DNA from: a virus
Virus genome (UHGV): UHGV-0390448
Strand: one strand, 5' to 3'
Length of the DNA: 64,000 bases
Shown: positions 28,314-37,561 of the stretch, piece after piece
Layout: each line of letters opens with the position of its first letter
Position numbering within the stretch: the stretch's first letter is position 1
Notes under the pieces: model-generated
The model's database searches: none
Told to the model about the DNA's origin: nothing
Seen by the model: only the letters and a program-made list of their open reading frames with translations
Program-made: the position numbers and the translations under genes

Positions 28314-28808
28314 TTAAAACTTTTCGTACTGAAGCGGTGTACGCTTGATTTCAACGCGGCCTTCCGATGTGCTACCAAAACCACCAGCACCTCGCTCTGT
28401 TTCATCGAGTTCATCAACTTCTACCAGCGATACCGGTTCAACACGCTCAAAAATGCCTTGCATGACCGCCATTCCAGGCTTGAGGCAAACACCTTCACCA
28501 CCGGGATCTGTAATCAGTTTTGCCATGATTTCACCGCGATAATCGGCGTCGATAATTCCTACGCAGTTAGCCAGGCGCGTATGCTTTTTGCAGCCCAATC
28601 CGGAACGAGGATAAAGTTTCAGACACCAACCAGGAGGGATCGCCATAGCGAGGCCGGTATGCACCCACCAGCTTGAGGAAATAGCGCCATTGCTATCGAT
28701 ACCAGGCGTTATTTCAACAGCAACAAAATCCATCGCCGCCGATCCGGCGGTGGCGTAAACGGGGAGTTTTGCCGCCGGATGAAGGCGTTTCACTTTCACG
28801 TTAATCAT
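28314..28808 (-). CDS. dut: dUTP diphosphatase (trimeric dUTPase)
   Basis: RSGLG, IIDADYRGE and GGFGSTS motifs. Confidence 0.7.
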   Translation of the reverse strand: MINVKVKRLHPAAKLPVYATAGSAAMDFVAVEITPGIDSNGAISSSWWVHTGLAMAIPPGWCLKLYPRSGLGCKKHTRLANCVGIIDADYRGEIMAKLITDPGGEGVCLKPGMAVMQGIFERVEPVSLVEVDELDETERGAGGFGSTSEGRVEIKRTPLQYEKF

Positions 28809-29293
28809 TGCTTTTTAGCTCTCCGGGTAAATGTATAAATCCGGCGTTTGATATGCGGAGCGGTCGGAACGGAGACGCAGGTATTCTCGATAACACCTTG
28901 CTCCTCCAGCGATCGCACAGCACGCAAGAACTGTGATGCATCGCCACCGCCAGATAGCCAGAATTTGCGGGCATAGACGCTGCCATTACGGATAATTTCT
29001 GCGATCACCCGCGCTTGCGTCTGGCTTTCTCGATAGCCAAAGAGTTCTCTTGCCTCTCCTTGTGGGATAGCCAACTGATAGCCTTTCCCGCTACGGTGAC
29101 GGACAAAACCGTGAGCAATGAGGTTCTTCAGCTCATTTCGGGTGCGGATACACCCGTACTCAGGGAACTGTGTGTTGATATCACCAGGCTTATGCCATTC
29201 ATCAGGGCTATCAGCCAGGAGGGACAGAAGTTTCCCTGACAGCTCAGGATTAGTGGTTGGATAGCAGTTCAGGGATGGGTAGTAAGTTTTCAT
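28805..29293 (-). CDS. Hypothetical protein
   Basis: ORF with overlapping junctions on both sides. Confidence 0.5.
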   Translation of the reverse strand: MKTYYPSLNCYPTTNPELSGKLLSLLADSPDEWHKPGDINTQFPEYGCIRTRNELKNLIAHGFVRHRSGKGYQLAIPQGEARELFGYRESQTQARVIAEIIRNGSVYARKFWLSGGGDASQFLRAVRSLEEQGVIENTCVSVPTAPHIKRRIYTFTRRAKKQ

Positions 29294-29634
29294 TTGCGCC
29301 CCCTTGCCGGATAGCGCCCGGCATTTGCATCAGGGGCAATGAAGCCGCTGGTGGGGCGAGTGAAAACATGGTTAATTTTCTCGGTCATAGCGCGATAATT
29401 TTCCTGATAGTGGGCCAGGAGTTTTTCAGCAGCAATGACGGTTACTTTCCGGACGTAGCGTTCAGCTTCCTCCAGATTTCGCCAGTTTTTTTCGAGGGTA
29501 AACACGGGAACGGCATCAAGTCCGGTCATAACACCGAACACCACGACCGCCTGGTCGCGCTTAACGCCCGCAGTGAAGGTTATGGTGTAACCGTCAACAG
29601 TGAAGCGTTTTGATTCCGTAATACGATTGTGCAA
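29290..29634 (-). CDS. Hypothetical protein, first gene downstream of cre
   Basis: 114 aa; occupies the position of P1 cra. Confidence 0.45.
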   Translation of the reverse strand: MHNRITESKRFTVDGYTITFTAGVKRDQAVVVFGVMTGLDAVPVFTLEKNWRNLEEAERYVRKVTVIAAEKLLAHYQENYRAMTEKINHVFTRPTSGFIAPDANAGRYPARGRK

Positions 29635-29692
29635 AGTACCCTCCGCAATAGGCGAGGGTACTTTACATTAAAATGCACTGTCTAAAAAGATT

Positions 29693-29699
29693 GTTAGAA
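29693..29699. promoter_or_regulatory. gttagaa half-site at the 3' end of cre
   Basis: ttgttagaaaattaattcagg. Confidence 0.3.
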
Positions 29700-29706
29700 A
29701 ATTAAT

Positions 29707-30735
29707 TCAGGAATCCATCAGGCGACTATTTGCACCAACGGATGCCCCGCTACGGCGCAAATATCGCATAAGTGTTTCGGGCTTTTTCCATGTGCCTTCC
29801 TGCATGATCTCGACCATTGACACCTGTTTCTCAGCCATATCAATTGCCGCACCAACACGCGCACTATGACCTGTCCACGTCCGGTATCTTCCTTTGTTCG
29901 GCGTGGCATCTCGCTTATTCAGCAATCCCCAGGCATCGCTGAATATTTTCTCCATCGCAGGAGCAGTAAGAGGCGTTGTCGTGATTCTGGCTTTATTACT
30001 GCGGTGTATTGGCGGGAATAGCACCGCGTCCGGATGTTCACGAAGTCCGGACACCTCCAGCCAGTCGTTTAGCACGGCGGTAGTGCAACGAGAAAGCACC
30101 TTATCAAGTCCGGCGGCGGTCGTGATGGTCTTCGTGTGTGAAATATGCAGCGTTACAGTGTCACCTGTTTGGTCCAGATCTCCGACACGGATGCGCGAGA
30201 TTTCTGACATACGCATCAGGGTATTGTATGCCACGAAGAGAAACGCCCGATTGCGCAGGTCCACCAGCCGCTCGGAACGGGACAGCAATACGTCGAGCAA
30301 TTTCAGATCATCCCACCGCAACGGTATAGCCTGGCCTGTACGCTCGCCTTTTTCCGTTGCCGCTTCGCGCCGGATGCGCCGCATGGCCAGAGATACACTT
30401 TTATCGTCTGACAGCGGCGGTAGGCCGCATTGCGAAAGCAGCATGTTAAGCATGGCATAGTGCTTATCAATGGTGGTCGAAGCCAGATCGGCTTCATGCA
30501 ACTGGAGAAGATACTCGCGGGCCATTTCCGGCGTAATCGGGAACCAGGGGCGCTGGCGCGAATTACACCACCGCGCCCAGGAATGAAAGACCAGACGGAG
30601 ATCACGAAGTGTATTTGGGGCATAAGCTCCCTGGTCGTTCATGAACTGCATAAAGTTTTTTGCAGCTTCCTGGTATTCGGTGCCAATATCGCGCAGAAAA
30701 CCGCCAGAACCGCCGGAGATAACTAGTTCACCCAT
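29707..30735 (-). CDS. cre: Cre-like tyrosine site-specific recombinase
   Basis: 342 aa; blocks WFPITPEMAREYLLQL, AYNTLMRMSEISRIRVGDL and WTGHSARVGAAIDMA align to P1 Cre (WFPAEPEDVRDYLLYL, AYNTLLRIAEIARIRVKDI, WSGHSARVGAARDMA). Confidence 0.85.
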   Translation of the reverse strand: MGELVISGGSGGFLRDIGTEYQEAAKNFMQFMNDQGAYAPNTLRDLRLVFHSWARWCNSRQRPWFPITPEMAREYLLQLHEADLASTTIDKHYAMLNMLLSQCGLPPLSDDKSVSLAMRRIRREAATEKGERTGQAIPLRWDDLKLLDVLLSRSERLVDLRNRAFLFVAYNTLMRMSEISRIRVGDLDQTGDTVTLHISHTKTITTAAGLDKVLSRCTTAVLNDWLEVSGLREHPDAVLFPPIHRSNKARITTTPLTAPAMEKIFSDAWGLLNKRDATPNKGRYRTWTGHSARVGAAIDMAEKQVSMVEIMQEGTWKKPETLMRYLRRSGASVGANSRLMDS

Positions 30736-30886
30736 GAAACTATTAAACCTCTATATACAGATGACGCTACGTGAAAAATAGAAAACTGACAGGGTAGTTA
30801 TAAGTTAATTTTCAAAATTCAAGCCTTTGATTCGAGGCATGATTTTTCATCCTTGTCAATACTACCTGTTTACTGGAGATTATAGC

Positions 30887-30920
30887 CTAACTTTAAATAA
30901 TGCCAATTATTTAAAGTTAG
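30887..30920. other. lox-like recombination site, 13-bp inverted arms with 8-bp asymmetric spacer
   Basis: ctaactttaaata-atgccaat-tatttaaagttag; arms 9/13 identical to loxP, spacer begins ATG like loxP; about 150 bp upstream of the cre-like start. Confidence 0.6.
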
Positions 30921-31089
30921 AAATCGGGACTTTTTTCCCAAAAAAACACCGGCAAGATCACTTCGCAAATCTGTCAGCCATGCGGTAGCCGTTTCCTGGT
31001 TACATTTTCTAATAGGAACAATCAAAAAAAAGCGGTTTTATCCTTTACTCACCTTGTTATTCAGCATAAATTTGTCACAGGACTTTTAT

Positions 31090-31096
31090 GTTAGAA
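31090..31096. promoter_or_regulatory. gttagaa half-site about 20 bp upstream of the candidate repressor gene
   Basis: atgttagaaaactaaat. Confidence 0.4.
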
Positions 31097-31116
31097 AACT
31101 AAATCGAGTAGGAATA

Positions 31117-32154
31117 ATGAGTAAGAAGTCGATCGAGAATGAGTACAAACGGTTCCTGCAAACCGCTGAACGGTGGAAAGAGCTGGTGGTCGCAAACTCT
31201 GTTTTCCATGATACCAGTTACGTTGGCGAGGAATTTCGCCATGTTGCATTAACACATGATCCGGCTGTATTAGAAGAAGCTGAAAAATGCATAGCCGAAT
31301 GGAAAGCCTTTGTTGATCTGTGTCGCAAGGATGATGACAAAGCCTCAAACATTGTTGAGTCGGTTTATTTACCGATCCCATTCATTGTTGAGGATACTAA
31401 TCAGAGTACGCATATCGTTATGCAAAGCGCAACCACAACGAGAACATTTACGCGCGAAGACCTGCTGAAAAAATACGATAAAACTATAAAGAAAAGCATG
31501 AAAAACAGGATCTTTTCACAGGTTGTCGGTGCGCTTGAAGAAGAACGCAGATTCTTCGCCGCAGAACGTGAGGGCGAGGTATACCGCGCAAGAAAAGAAG
31601 GTTATACCGATGTGGTGATTACCACCAATATCGAGGGCAACAATGGACTTTCACGCTTCAGAGTGGGTACGCACGGTGCGCTGATCTTTGCAAAAAAAGC
31701 AAACACAGAGATTCCCGTTGTTAACAACGTTGGTGAGCGCCGCACCCTTACCATTTACACTGGCATTAAACCGCTTCCGTGCGGACTTCTCGGCGAATTT
31801 GACCTTTATCGGGTTCGTGACCTGGAAAAGCAGCAGCCAAGCTATGTCGTGAAGTCATATATCCTGAGAAACATTGATATCCGCAATCAGAGTTTAAAAA
31901 ACAAATCAGAGAAAATGCTGTCCGAAGCCGATCCAGCCATACACCAGATCGTTAGCCGGAAAATTCAAGAAGCTAAAGATGCAATGGCAAGGCTGGATAA
32001 AATGGACCTGGAACTACTGGAAGTTATGATTGCCTCCGGCGATGACCTGACAGGCATCCGCCTTACTGAAGCCAGGAAAAAATACGGTAAAAGCGTTGAA
32101 GAACGCTATGGGTACACATTCACACAAACGATGTACGCGGCAAAACTCTGGTAA
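31117..32154 (+). CDS. Candidate immunity repressor, positional analogue of P1 c1; family not recognised
   Basis: 346 aa from MSKKSIENEY; convergent with pacB and between pacB and lox, where P1 has c1; own terminator. No similarity to P1 C1 recognised from memory. Confidence 0.5.
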   Translation: MSKKSIENEYKRFLQTAERWKELVVANSVFHDTSYVGEEFRHVALTHDPAVLEEAEKCIAEWKAFVDLCRKDDDKASNIVESVYLPIPFIVEDTNQSTHIVMQSATTTRTFTREDLLKKYDKTIKKSMKNRIFSQVVGALEEERRFFAAEREGEVYRARKEGYTDVVITTNIEGNNGLSRFRVGTHGALIFAKKANTEIPVVNNVGERRTLTIYTGIKPLPCGLLGEFDLYRVRDLEKQQPSYVVKSYILRNIDIRNQSLKNKSEKMLSEADPAIHQIVSRKIQEAKDAMARLDKMDLELLEVMIASGDDLTGIRLTEARKKYGKSVEERYGYTFTQTMYAAKLW

Positions 32155-32170
32155 TCGCAAGCCACCCACA

Positions 32171-32194
32171 AGCCCCGAATCGCCGGGGCTTTTA
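32171..32194 (+). terminator. Rho-independent terminator after the candidate repressor
   Basis: agccccg-aatcgc-cggggct followed by tttt. Confidence 0.55.
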
Positions 32195-33700
32195 AATGTC
32201 AATATCAGGAATATCCACTTCTGCCAACACCTGATCGCGGAATGTTGCTAGTTCTGCGCCAATGTCTTCATTAGCAGGCACGTAATCCACCAGCATAGTG
32301 AAGCAGTAGGTATCCCATCTGTCCGGCGACTTGATGTTTAACTTCTGCCGCATGTGCTCCTTGCGCATCATCGCCACCTTCCCTTCTTCGTTAAGCATAT
32401 ACGGGATTTTTGATGCCTGATCGGCAGTTTTGGGGTCACTATCGATACGCATACGCCCTGATTTAATGGCATCCCCTGCCATAATATTGGCGTAAGCACG
32501 CTGATTGACAAAGCGTTCTCTGTCTCTTAGCGCAAACATAGGTTTACCCCAACGGATGCGAACGGGATTAGCACCACGGCGGACAAGCTGCGCACACGTA
32601 TCTGAACCAAAGCCATCAGCATCCACAGCAATGGTGATGTTCGGGTATTTATCAGGAGTGCATTCGTTATAGATAAAGTCGGCAAAAGCCAACGGGTCCA
32701 TAGTGCCTGGCATCTCCAGTATCTTAAAGTTCACAACACGTCGTTTCTCACGATAACCGGATACTTTGCATATATTGAGCACCGATTTGTCGCGACCATT
32801 ACCGACGTCAGCGGTCGCTACCCAGCCCCAATCTTTCTCCAGCAACACTTTACGCCGTGCGGCGCGGTCGCACTCATCACGACCAAGCAAATACCCGTTA
32901 ATTGCACGCGGGAACTGGCCCAGCACCTTAACCATGTACTCCAGCGAATCCCTGCCGCCGTACTCCAGCAATTTCTCACGAATAAAGCTCGGTTCAACGA
33001 ATGGAGATTCTTCAGAGTTAAGGACTATTGCCGTCCAGACTCCTTCCGGATTGCCTTCTGCCTTTGCCCTTGAATGGTGGGATTCATAAAAGTAACCGCT
33101 TGGACGCGTAGGCTGGGAAAGCATGAGCATACGGTTATCTTTCTGCGTTAACGCCCCCGTCATGACGTTAATCGCCTTATCTGATATGCCCGATGCTTCA
33201 TCAAGGATTAGCAGTAAATGCTCCGCGTGCTCCCCCGCCAGTGCCTCTTCGTTACCGAGTCGATAACCTTTACAGAGCACTTCCCATATCCCTTTACGGG
33301 AACGCTCATAAAACATGGTGTCAGACAGGACAAAATAGGTCTGTAACCAGCCGTGGCGCTTAACAGCATTCGCCCAAAACTGTTTCACGTATTTGAATAC
33401 GCCTGTTTTTACCTGGCCTATTTTGTTCGCAACAATAATGACGCGGGCGTCGGGGAACAGGATCATAAAAATTAGTAGCAACATCGCGGTAAGGGACGAC
33501 TTACCCGTTCCGTGTCCGGACGTAACGGTCGTCCTGCTCCCCGTCTCCTGCACTGACTGAATGATCTGCTGCTGCTGGTGGGAGGGGAACATCCCAAAAA
33601 TATCGACAACCGCCTGGGTAAAGTTGTATCGATACCTGATAACCATATCGCGCCAACGTGGATCACTGGTGACGCACTTAATCTTACGACCACCAGCCAT
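32192..33700 (-). CDS. pacB: Terminase large subunit (PacB-like)
   Basis: Walker A-like TSGHGTGKSS, Walker B LLLILDEASGI; 502 aa; follows pacA. Confidence 0.8.
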   Translation of the reverse strand: MAGGRKIKCVTSDPRWRDMVIRYRYNFTQAVVDIFGMFPSHQQQQIIQSVQETGSRTTVTSGHGTGKSSLTAMLLLIFMILFPDARVIIVANKIGQVKTGVFKYVKQFWANAVKRHGWLQTYFVLSDTMFYERSRKGIWEVLCKGYRLGNEEALAGEHAEHLLLILDEASGISDKAINVMTGALTQKDNRMLMLSQPTRPSGYFYESHHSRAKAEGNPEGVWTAIVLNSEESPFVEPSFIREKLLEYGGRDSLEYMVKVLGQFPRAINGYLLGRDECDRAARRKVLLEKDWGWVATADVGNGRDKSVLNICKVSGYREKRRVVNFKILEMPGTMDPLAFADFIYNECTPDKYPNITIAVDADGFGSDTCAQLVRRGANPVRIRWGKPMFALRDRERFVNQRAYANIMAGDAIKSGRMRIDSDPKTADQASKIPYMLNEEGKVAMMRKEHMRQKLNIKSPDRWDTYCFTMLVDYVPANEDIGAELATFRDQVLAEVDIPDIDI

Positions 33701-35064
33701 TAGTCATCCTCCGGCTGGTCTATCGCAATCTCGTCATCTACAGCATCAAAACCGGTATCCCCCGCGTCATAATCACCGTAGATATCAGCCGTGGCGGAAG
33801 GGTCTATATTCAGGTCTTCATCATTGGCCTCAAATTCACCGGCTTTACGTTCTCCGTTCCGGTCGTAATCCCCCATCCCAAGCCTATCAACGATTTTCGC
33901 TACTTCAGCCCGGCGTTGTGCAAGCCATTGTGGGAGTCCAGCTTGTTGCTCGGCAAACTGCTTCGCCTCTTTATCCAGTTGCTCATCATCAACATCGTTA
34001 ACGTCAGAAACCGGAGGCTCCAGAAGTGAGATCGCTTTTGCCGCTCGTGCCGCCAGGATAGCCGGGACACTGACGCCCTGCCGCTCGATATATTCAGCAA
34101 CGCCTATATCGTCCAGCTCCTCGCGCTCACGCATACGTATAGCGGCGGCGATAACTCTGGCGGCGCGTGCGTCAGCGCCAATGCGATACTCAATCTCTTT
34201 GCCACGCTGCTCGGCTTGCAGGCGAGTAATCGCCAGTTTTTCTCTGGCCTCAGCCTCTCTGAATGCCTGCTGGCGCGCGCCCTGCGCAAGTTTTTCATCC
34301 CCCTGGCGTAGCTTCTGCTCGGTCTGGTAGATGGCAGCCAACCTACTGATAAAGTCATTCATGTAGTAGGCCGCATCGCTTATTAGGCCGAGAAGACGCT
34401 GCCCTGGGTGCATTCCCTCTGGCTGTGTATCGCCGAGGGCGTCAATCTCTTCCTGTAGTCGTTCCGCTTCCTGGTCAACGATGGCCTGATACTGAATTGC
34501 TCGTTCCTGCGCCATCTGTATCGCAAGTCGTAAATGTTCAGTCGCGCCGTTCTTCATCATCTCACGGGCGACGTTGGTGGCAGGCAAAGTGGCGCTTTGA
34601 GCTGATGAGTCAGGGATCATTTGCAATGATCCCTTGTTTCGTTGGGCTTTTTCGCTGCTTTTAGGGATCATTTCCCCCATTTCATCACAAAATGATCCCC
34701 TTACATCCTTGTGTATCTTATTGTTATTACTTGGCTTTTCTTTGTGATCCGCATTTTGTTTTTGCGGCATGGCGCGGAATCGTCCACCAGCTAACGATTT
34801 GTCAGTTTTTGTAAATTCTGTGCTTTTATCAGCCTTTTTTTGCTCTTTTTTTGGGCTTGTGGCGCTACTTTTTGCGCGCTGTTTTGTACTTTTCCCGGCA
34901 GCCTTAGCTTTCGCTTTAACCTCGTTTTTTTTCATATTGAGATGCTTTCTGGCGGTGTTAAAGCTGAGGTCATGCTGCTCGCAATATTCTTTTATGGTGA
35001 TCCCGGTTTCTTCTCTTAACTCCAGGAACTTAGCTCGATGCGCTTCCCAGTTAATTAACGTCAT
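33700..35064 (-). CDS. pacA: Terminase small subunit (PacA-like); contains pac-like repeats
   Basis: Position upstream of pacB with start-stop overlap; N-terminal HTH-like region; internal GATC repeat cluster. Confidence 0.6.
   Translation of the reverse strand: MTLINWEAHRAKFLELREETGITIKEYCEQHDLSFNTARKHLNMKKNEVKAKAKAAGKSTKQRAKSSATSPKKEQKKADKSTEFTKTDKSLAGGRFRAMPQKQNADHKEKPSNNNKIHKDVRGSFCDEMGEMIPKSSEKAQRNKGSLQMIPDSSAQSATLPATNVAREMMKNGATEHLRLAIQMAQERAIQYQAIVDQEAERLQEEIDALGDTQPEGMHPGQRLLGLISDAAYYMNDFISRLAAIYQTEQKLRQGDEKLAQGARQQAFREAEAREKLAITRLQAEQRGKEIEYRIGADARAARVIAAAIRMREREELDDIGVAEYIERQGVSVPAILAARAAKAISLLEPPVSDVNDVDDEQLDKEAKQFAEQQAGLPQWLAQRRAEVAKIVDRLGMGDYDRNGERKAGEFEANDEDLNIDPSATADIYGDYDAGDTGFDAVDDEIAIDQPEDD
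34612..34700. other. Candidate pac site: four GATC-centred heptamers as two inverted pairs
   Basis: agggatcatt/aatgatccc at about 34612-34633 and again at about 34664-34699, inside pacA; P1 pac is built from Dam-site hexamer repeats within pacA. Confidence 0.45.
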
Positions 35065-35453
35065 AGGGAAGCCTCACGTTTTTTCACAGCGGCGTTCCAT
35101 AGCTGGTTAGTCATCGCCACCAACTGACGCTGCTCCTTTCGTAATTGAGCTTCTATCTTTCGGTTGGTGTTTTTCACCAACAGCCGACCGAATTCAGGAG
35201 TGCGCCCGCGCACCTTGAACTGGTATCCATTCAGGCCATGTAGCCAATATTTCCGGGGGTATACGCGGTCGTCTATTTCGCAAATGGCACGACTGGAACG
35301 AACAAAAAAACGTATGATGTTATTTACGTTTACGCGCGACACATGAAGGTGAGGATATTGTGCTTTTGCACGGCTGGTGATTTCGGTGACCGTCAGATAG
35401 CAGTCAGCCCTGATCATGATATCCGCTATTTCGGCGCTACTGATTTGCTCCAT
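35061..35453 (-). CDS. Hypothetical protein at the position of P1 lpa (late promoter activator); unverified
   Basis: 130 aa immediately upstream of pacA; degenerate operator site upstream. Confidence 0.35.
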   Translation of the reverse strand: MEQISSAEIADIMIRADCYLTVTEITSRAKAQYPHLHVSRVNVNNIIRFFVRSSRAICEIDDRVYPRKYWLHGLNGYQFKVRGRTPEFGRLLVKNTNRKIEAQLRKEQRQLVAMTNQLWNAAVKKREASL

Positions 35454-35530
35454 TTATCCCCCGGATAGAAAAAGACCGAGGGGATGATAATCAGCTTGTT
35501 AATACTGAGAAGACTGTCAAAAACATGATG

Positions 35531-35558
35531 TATTAGAAAATTAATATTAACTTACTAA
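35531..35558. promoter_or_regulatory. Degenerate operator site attagaa-N14-tactaac
   Basis: Same 7-14-7 spacing; upstream of 35061-35453. Confidence 0.4.
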
Positions 35559-35560
35559 CA

Positions 35561-35944
35561 CTACCAGCGGGATAAACGAACAACATGCTTAACTTTTGCC
35601 TCCCACTTCCCTTTATGTTTGTTGATCACCGCCTGCGCCATCTTCAGACTGGCTTCAAAATCGGCTTTTCGACCACTATTGCCCACCAGCAACGCTCCGT
35701 CTATTTCGGGTAAGCATAAGTAATCCTGCTCGACGGTAAGCGGCATTGATGATGTAACCTGGCAGGCTTTCCATCTGAAGCGTATGCGCACACTCCTGAC
35801 TGACATCACGACATAACCTGATATTGTGCTCTTGTGTCCGGCGTCTGTGCGTGTAGCCTTGCATGATGTTATCTTGCAGGTGATGATGTCCCAACCAATG
35901 TGCATCGCATCCTCAATGCGTAATTTAGTAGCCTCGTACATCAA
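35561..35944 (-). CDS. Hypothetical protein
   Basis: ORF only. Confidence 0.45.
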   Translation of the reverse strand: MMYEATKLRIEDAMHIGWDIITCKITSCKATRTDAGHKSTISGYVVMSVRSVRIRFRWKACQVTSSMPLTVEQDYLCLPEIDGALLVGNSGRKADFEASLKMAQAVINKHKGKWEAKVKHVVRLSRW

Positions 35945-36516
35945 AAAACCTCCCAGTCAGTAGCGATAATATCGACACCAGTTGCAAACCAGTCTGTCTG
36001 CGCCTGTAAATCCCCATTCATCATTACCAGGCGAGGCATAACCATCACATCACAACCTTCAACAATATCGAATGCCTCTTCCGGCAGGAATTCGACGAGC
36101 TTTTCTTTGCTGCCAACACTGCCACGGAGCATCGATATATAGCTCCCTTTAGGCCATGATGTTCGCCGGGCATCAAGCCCCTTCATCATCCAGTAAAAGG
36201 CCGATGAGAACGGGATGTTCTTTTTGGCGATGAGCACGTTATTCGCTTCTGTGTACTTCAGGAACTTAACTAACCTTACCATCGACTCGGATAACGCAAT
36301 GTACGGCTCATGATTGATTGCTGACACGCTTACGCCGTGCAGTCCAACACTTACCACTGTCATATCACCGTTCTGTGCGGTTTCGATGTTGACGCCTTTA
36401 CGAACTAACGCTGCATAAAGCTCCTCGCGCTTTTGCGTCCAGCATTCTCGTCGCCCTATAAAGTCACTCAAAACGAGATCATCTTCTGAATACGCGTTAT
36501 CGTTCGCCGTTAACAT
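35941..36516 (-). CDS. Hypothetical protein, possible DUF2829-like C-terminus
   Basis: C-terminal DWFATGVDIIATDWEVF. Confidence 0.45.
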   Translation of the reverse strand: MLTANDNAYSEDDLVLSDFIGRRECWTQKREELYAALVRKGVNIETAQNGDMTVVSVGLHGVSVSAINHEPYIALSESMVRLVKFLKYTEANNVLIAKKNIPFSSAFYWMMKGLDARRTSWPKGSYISMLRGSVGSKEKLVEFLPEEAFDIVEGCDVMVMPRLVMMNGDLQAQTDWFATGVDIIATDWEVF

Positions 36517-36970
36517 AACGTCTCCTTTTTTACACGCGCGACTATCCCCCGGCTGAACCGGTAGTGACGTCGTAAATTCGTATTAATTAAGGGTTACAGC
36601 CTGAGCGGCTATATGATGAATTGAAAGGAGTTGTGGCGGTGGTGCCTCCACCTGCCAGGTTAGCCACGCCCGGCGACGACACTTATCAGAACGTAGTGAA
36701 TGAAAATGGCTTCGTCACGAGCGCATAGCCGCAATTACCACAACGGAGAAGGCGCTCGTATTAATTAAACACCTTTTCCTGTTGTACGCCGTGCTATTCC
36801 GGCTGTCACACCGAATCGCCAGGATGGTGAGTCCCTGAGTCCGCTACCCTACCAACGGTGACTTGCACATTCCGGCTACCTGATGTGCCCATGCAGTGTT
36901 AGTAAGGCACCTAACAGCTACACCAGACCGCTAACGACGCATGTGCCATACGCCGTGTTACAACCAAATG

Positions 36971-37046
36971 TGGTGGCCCCTACCGGACTTGAACCGGTGA
37001 CCGTGCGATTATGAGTCGCCCGCTCTAACCACTGAGCTAAAGGGCC
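36971..37046 (-). tRNA. tRNA with CAU anticodon, most similar to tRNA-Ile2 (lysidine type); Met not excluded
   Basis: Reverse complement GGCCCTTTAGCTCAGTGGTTAGAGCGGGCGACTCATAATCGC...GGTTCAAGTCCGGTAGGGGCCACCA resembles E. coli ileX; CCA encoded. Confidence 0.8.
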
Positions 37047-37063
37047 AGATTACTGTTAATTAC

Positions 37064-37192
37064 GCTTACGCTTTTTGCCAGAACCGCGTAAGGCTTTTGC
37101 CGCTTGCTCTACCCCGTATGCAACCACCAGCAGAAACAATAATGTCCACTCCGGGTTTTTATCGGCAAACGCCCAAAAATCCATCACTTGCA
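37064..37192 (-). CDS. Small membrane peptide (about 42 aa) inside the tRNA operon, candidate
   Basis: aaggtgg RBS 7 nt before ATG; predicted MDFWAFADKNPEWTLLFLLVVAYGVEQAAKALRGSGKKRKRN. Below the ORF-track cutoff. Confidence 0.4.
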
Positions 37193-37474
37193 GCCACCTT
37201 TTAAGACAAACGCCATTGCTGTTAGGTTGCGGTGCCGGGTGCCTCCCGGTGACGTTAACCAGTTAACAATTAACGCCGGATCACTTATGGATTCTCGTTA
37301 CGCCAGTAAAAAGACCACCTTTACTGTTTTAACTGTTCCGCGTGCGCTTAGCCGCATTCACCGCAATGGTAAGAGCATTTGGCTGACTGGGCGGCGATGA
37401 CGCCTGTACGCATTTGGTGATCCGGTTCTGCTTCCGGCATTCGCTTAATTAGCCAAATACTCTTAACGTTGCGA

Positions 37475-37561
37475 TGGCGGAGAGTAATGGAATCGAACCA
37501 TCATCGCTTGGGCGACGGGACGGTTTTCAAGACCGCTTGAGCACCATGCTCCCTACTCTCC
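37475..37561 (-). tRNA. Atypical type-II tRNA, Ser-like (UGA anticodon)
   Basis: Anticodon arm GCGGT-CTTGAAA-ACCGT as in E. coli serT, long variable arm, T-loop TTCGATT, CCA encoded; D-arm non-canonical. Confidence 0.5.

Noticed and set aside
29707-30735. Reading the tyrosine recombinase as a chromosomal prophage integrase with att sites
   Set aside because: Block-wise similarity is to Cre, with a lox-type 13-8-13 site upstream and no tRNA-overlapping att core next to it; the tRNA cluster is 6 kb away and internal to phage genes.
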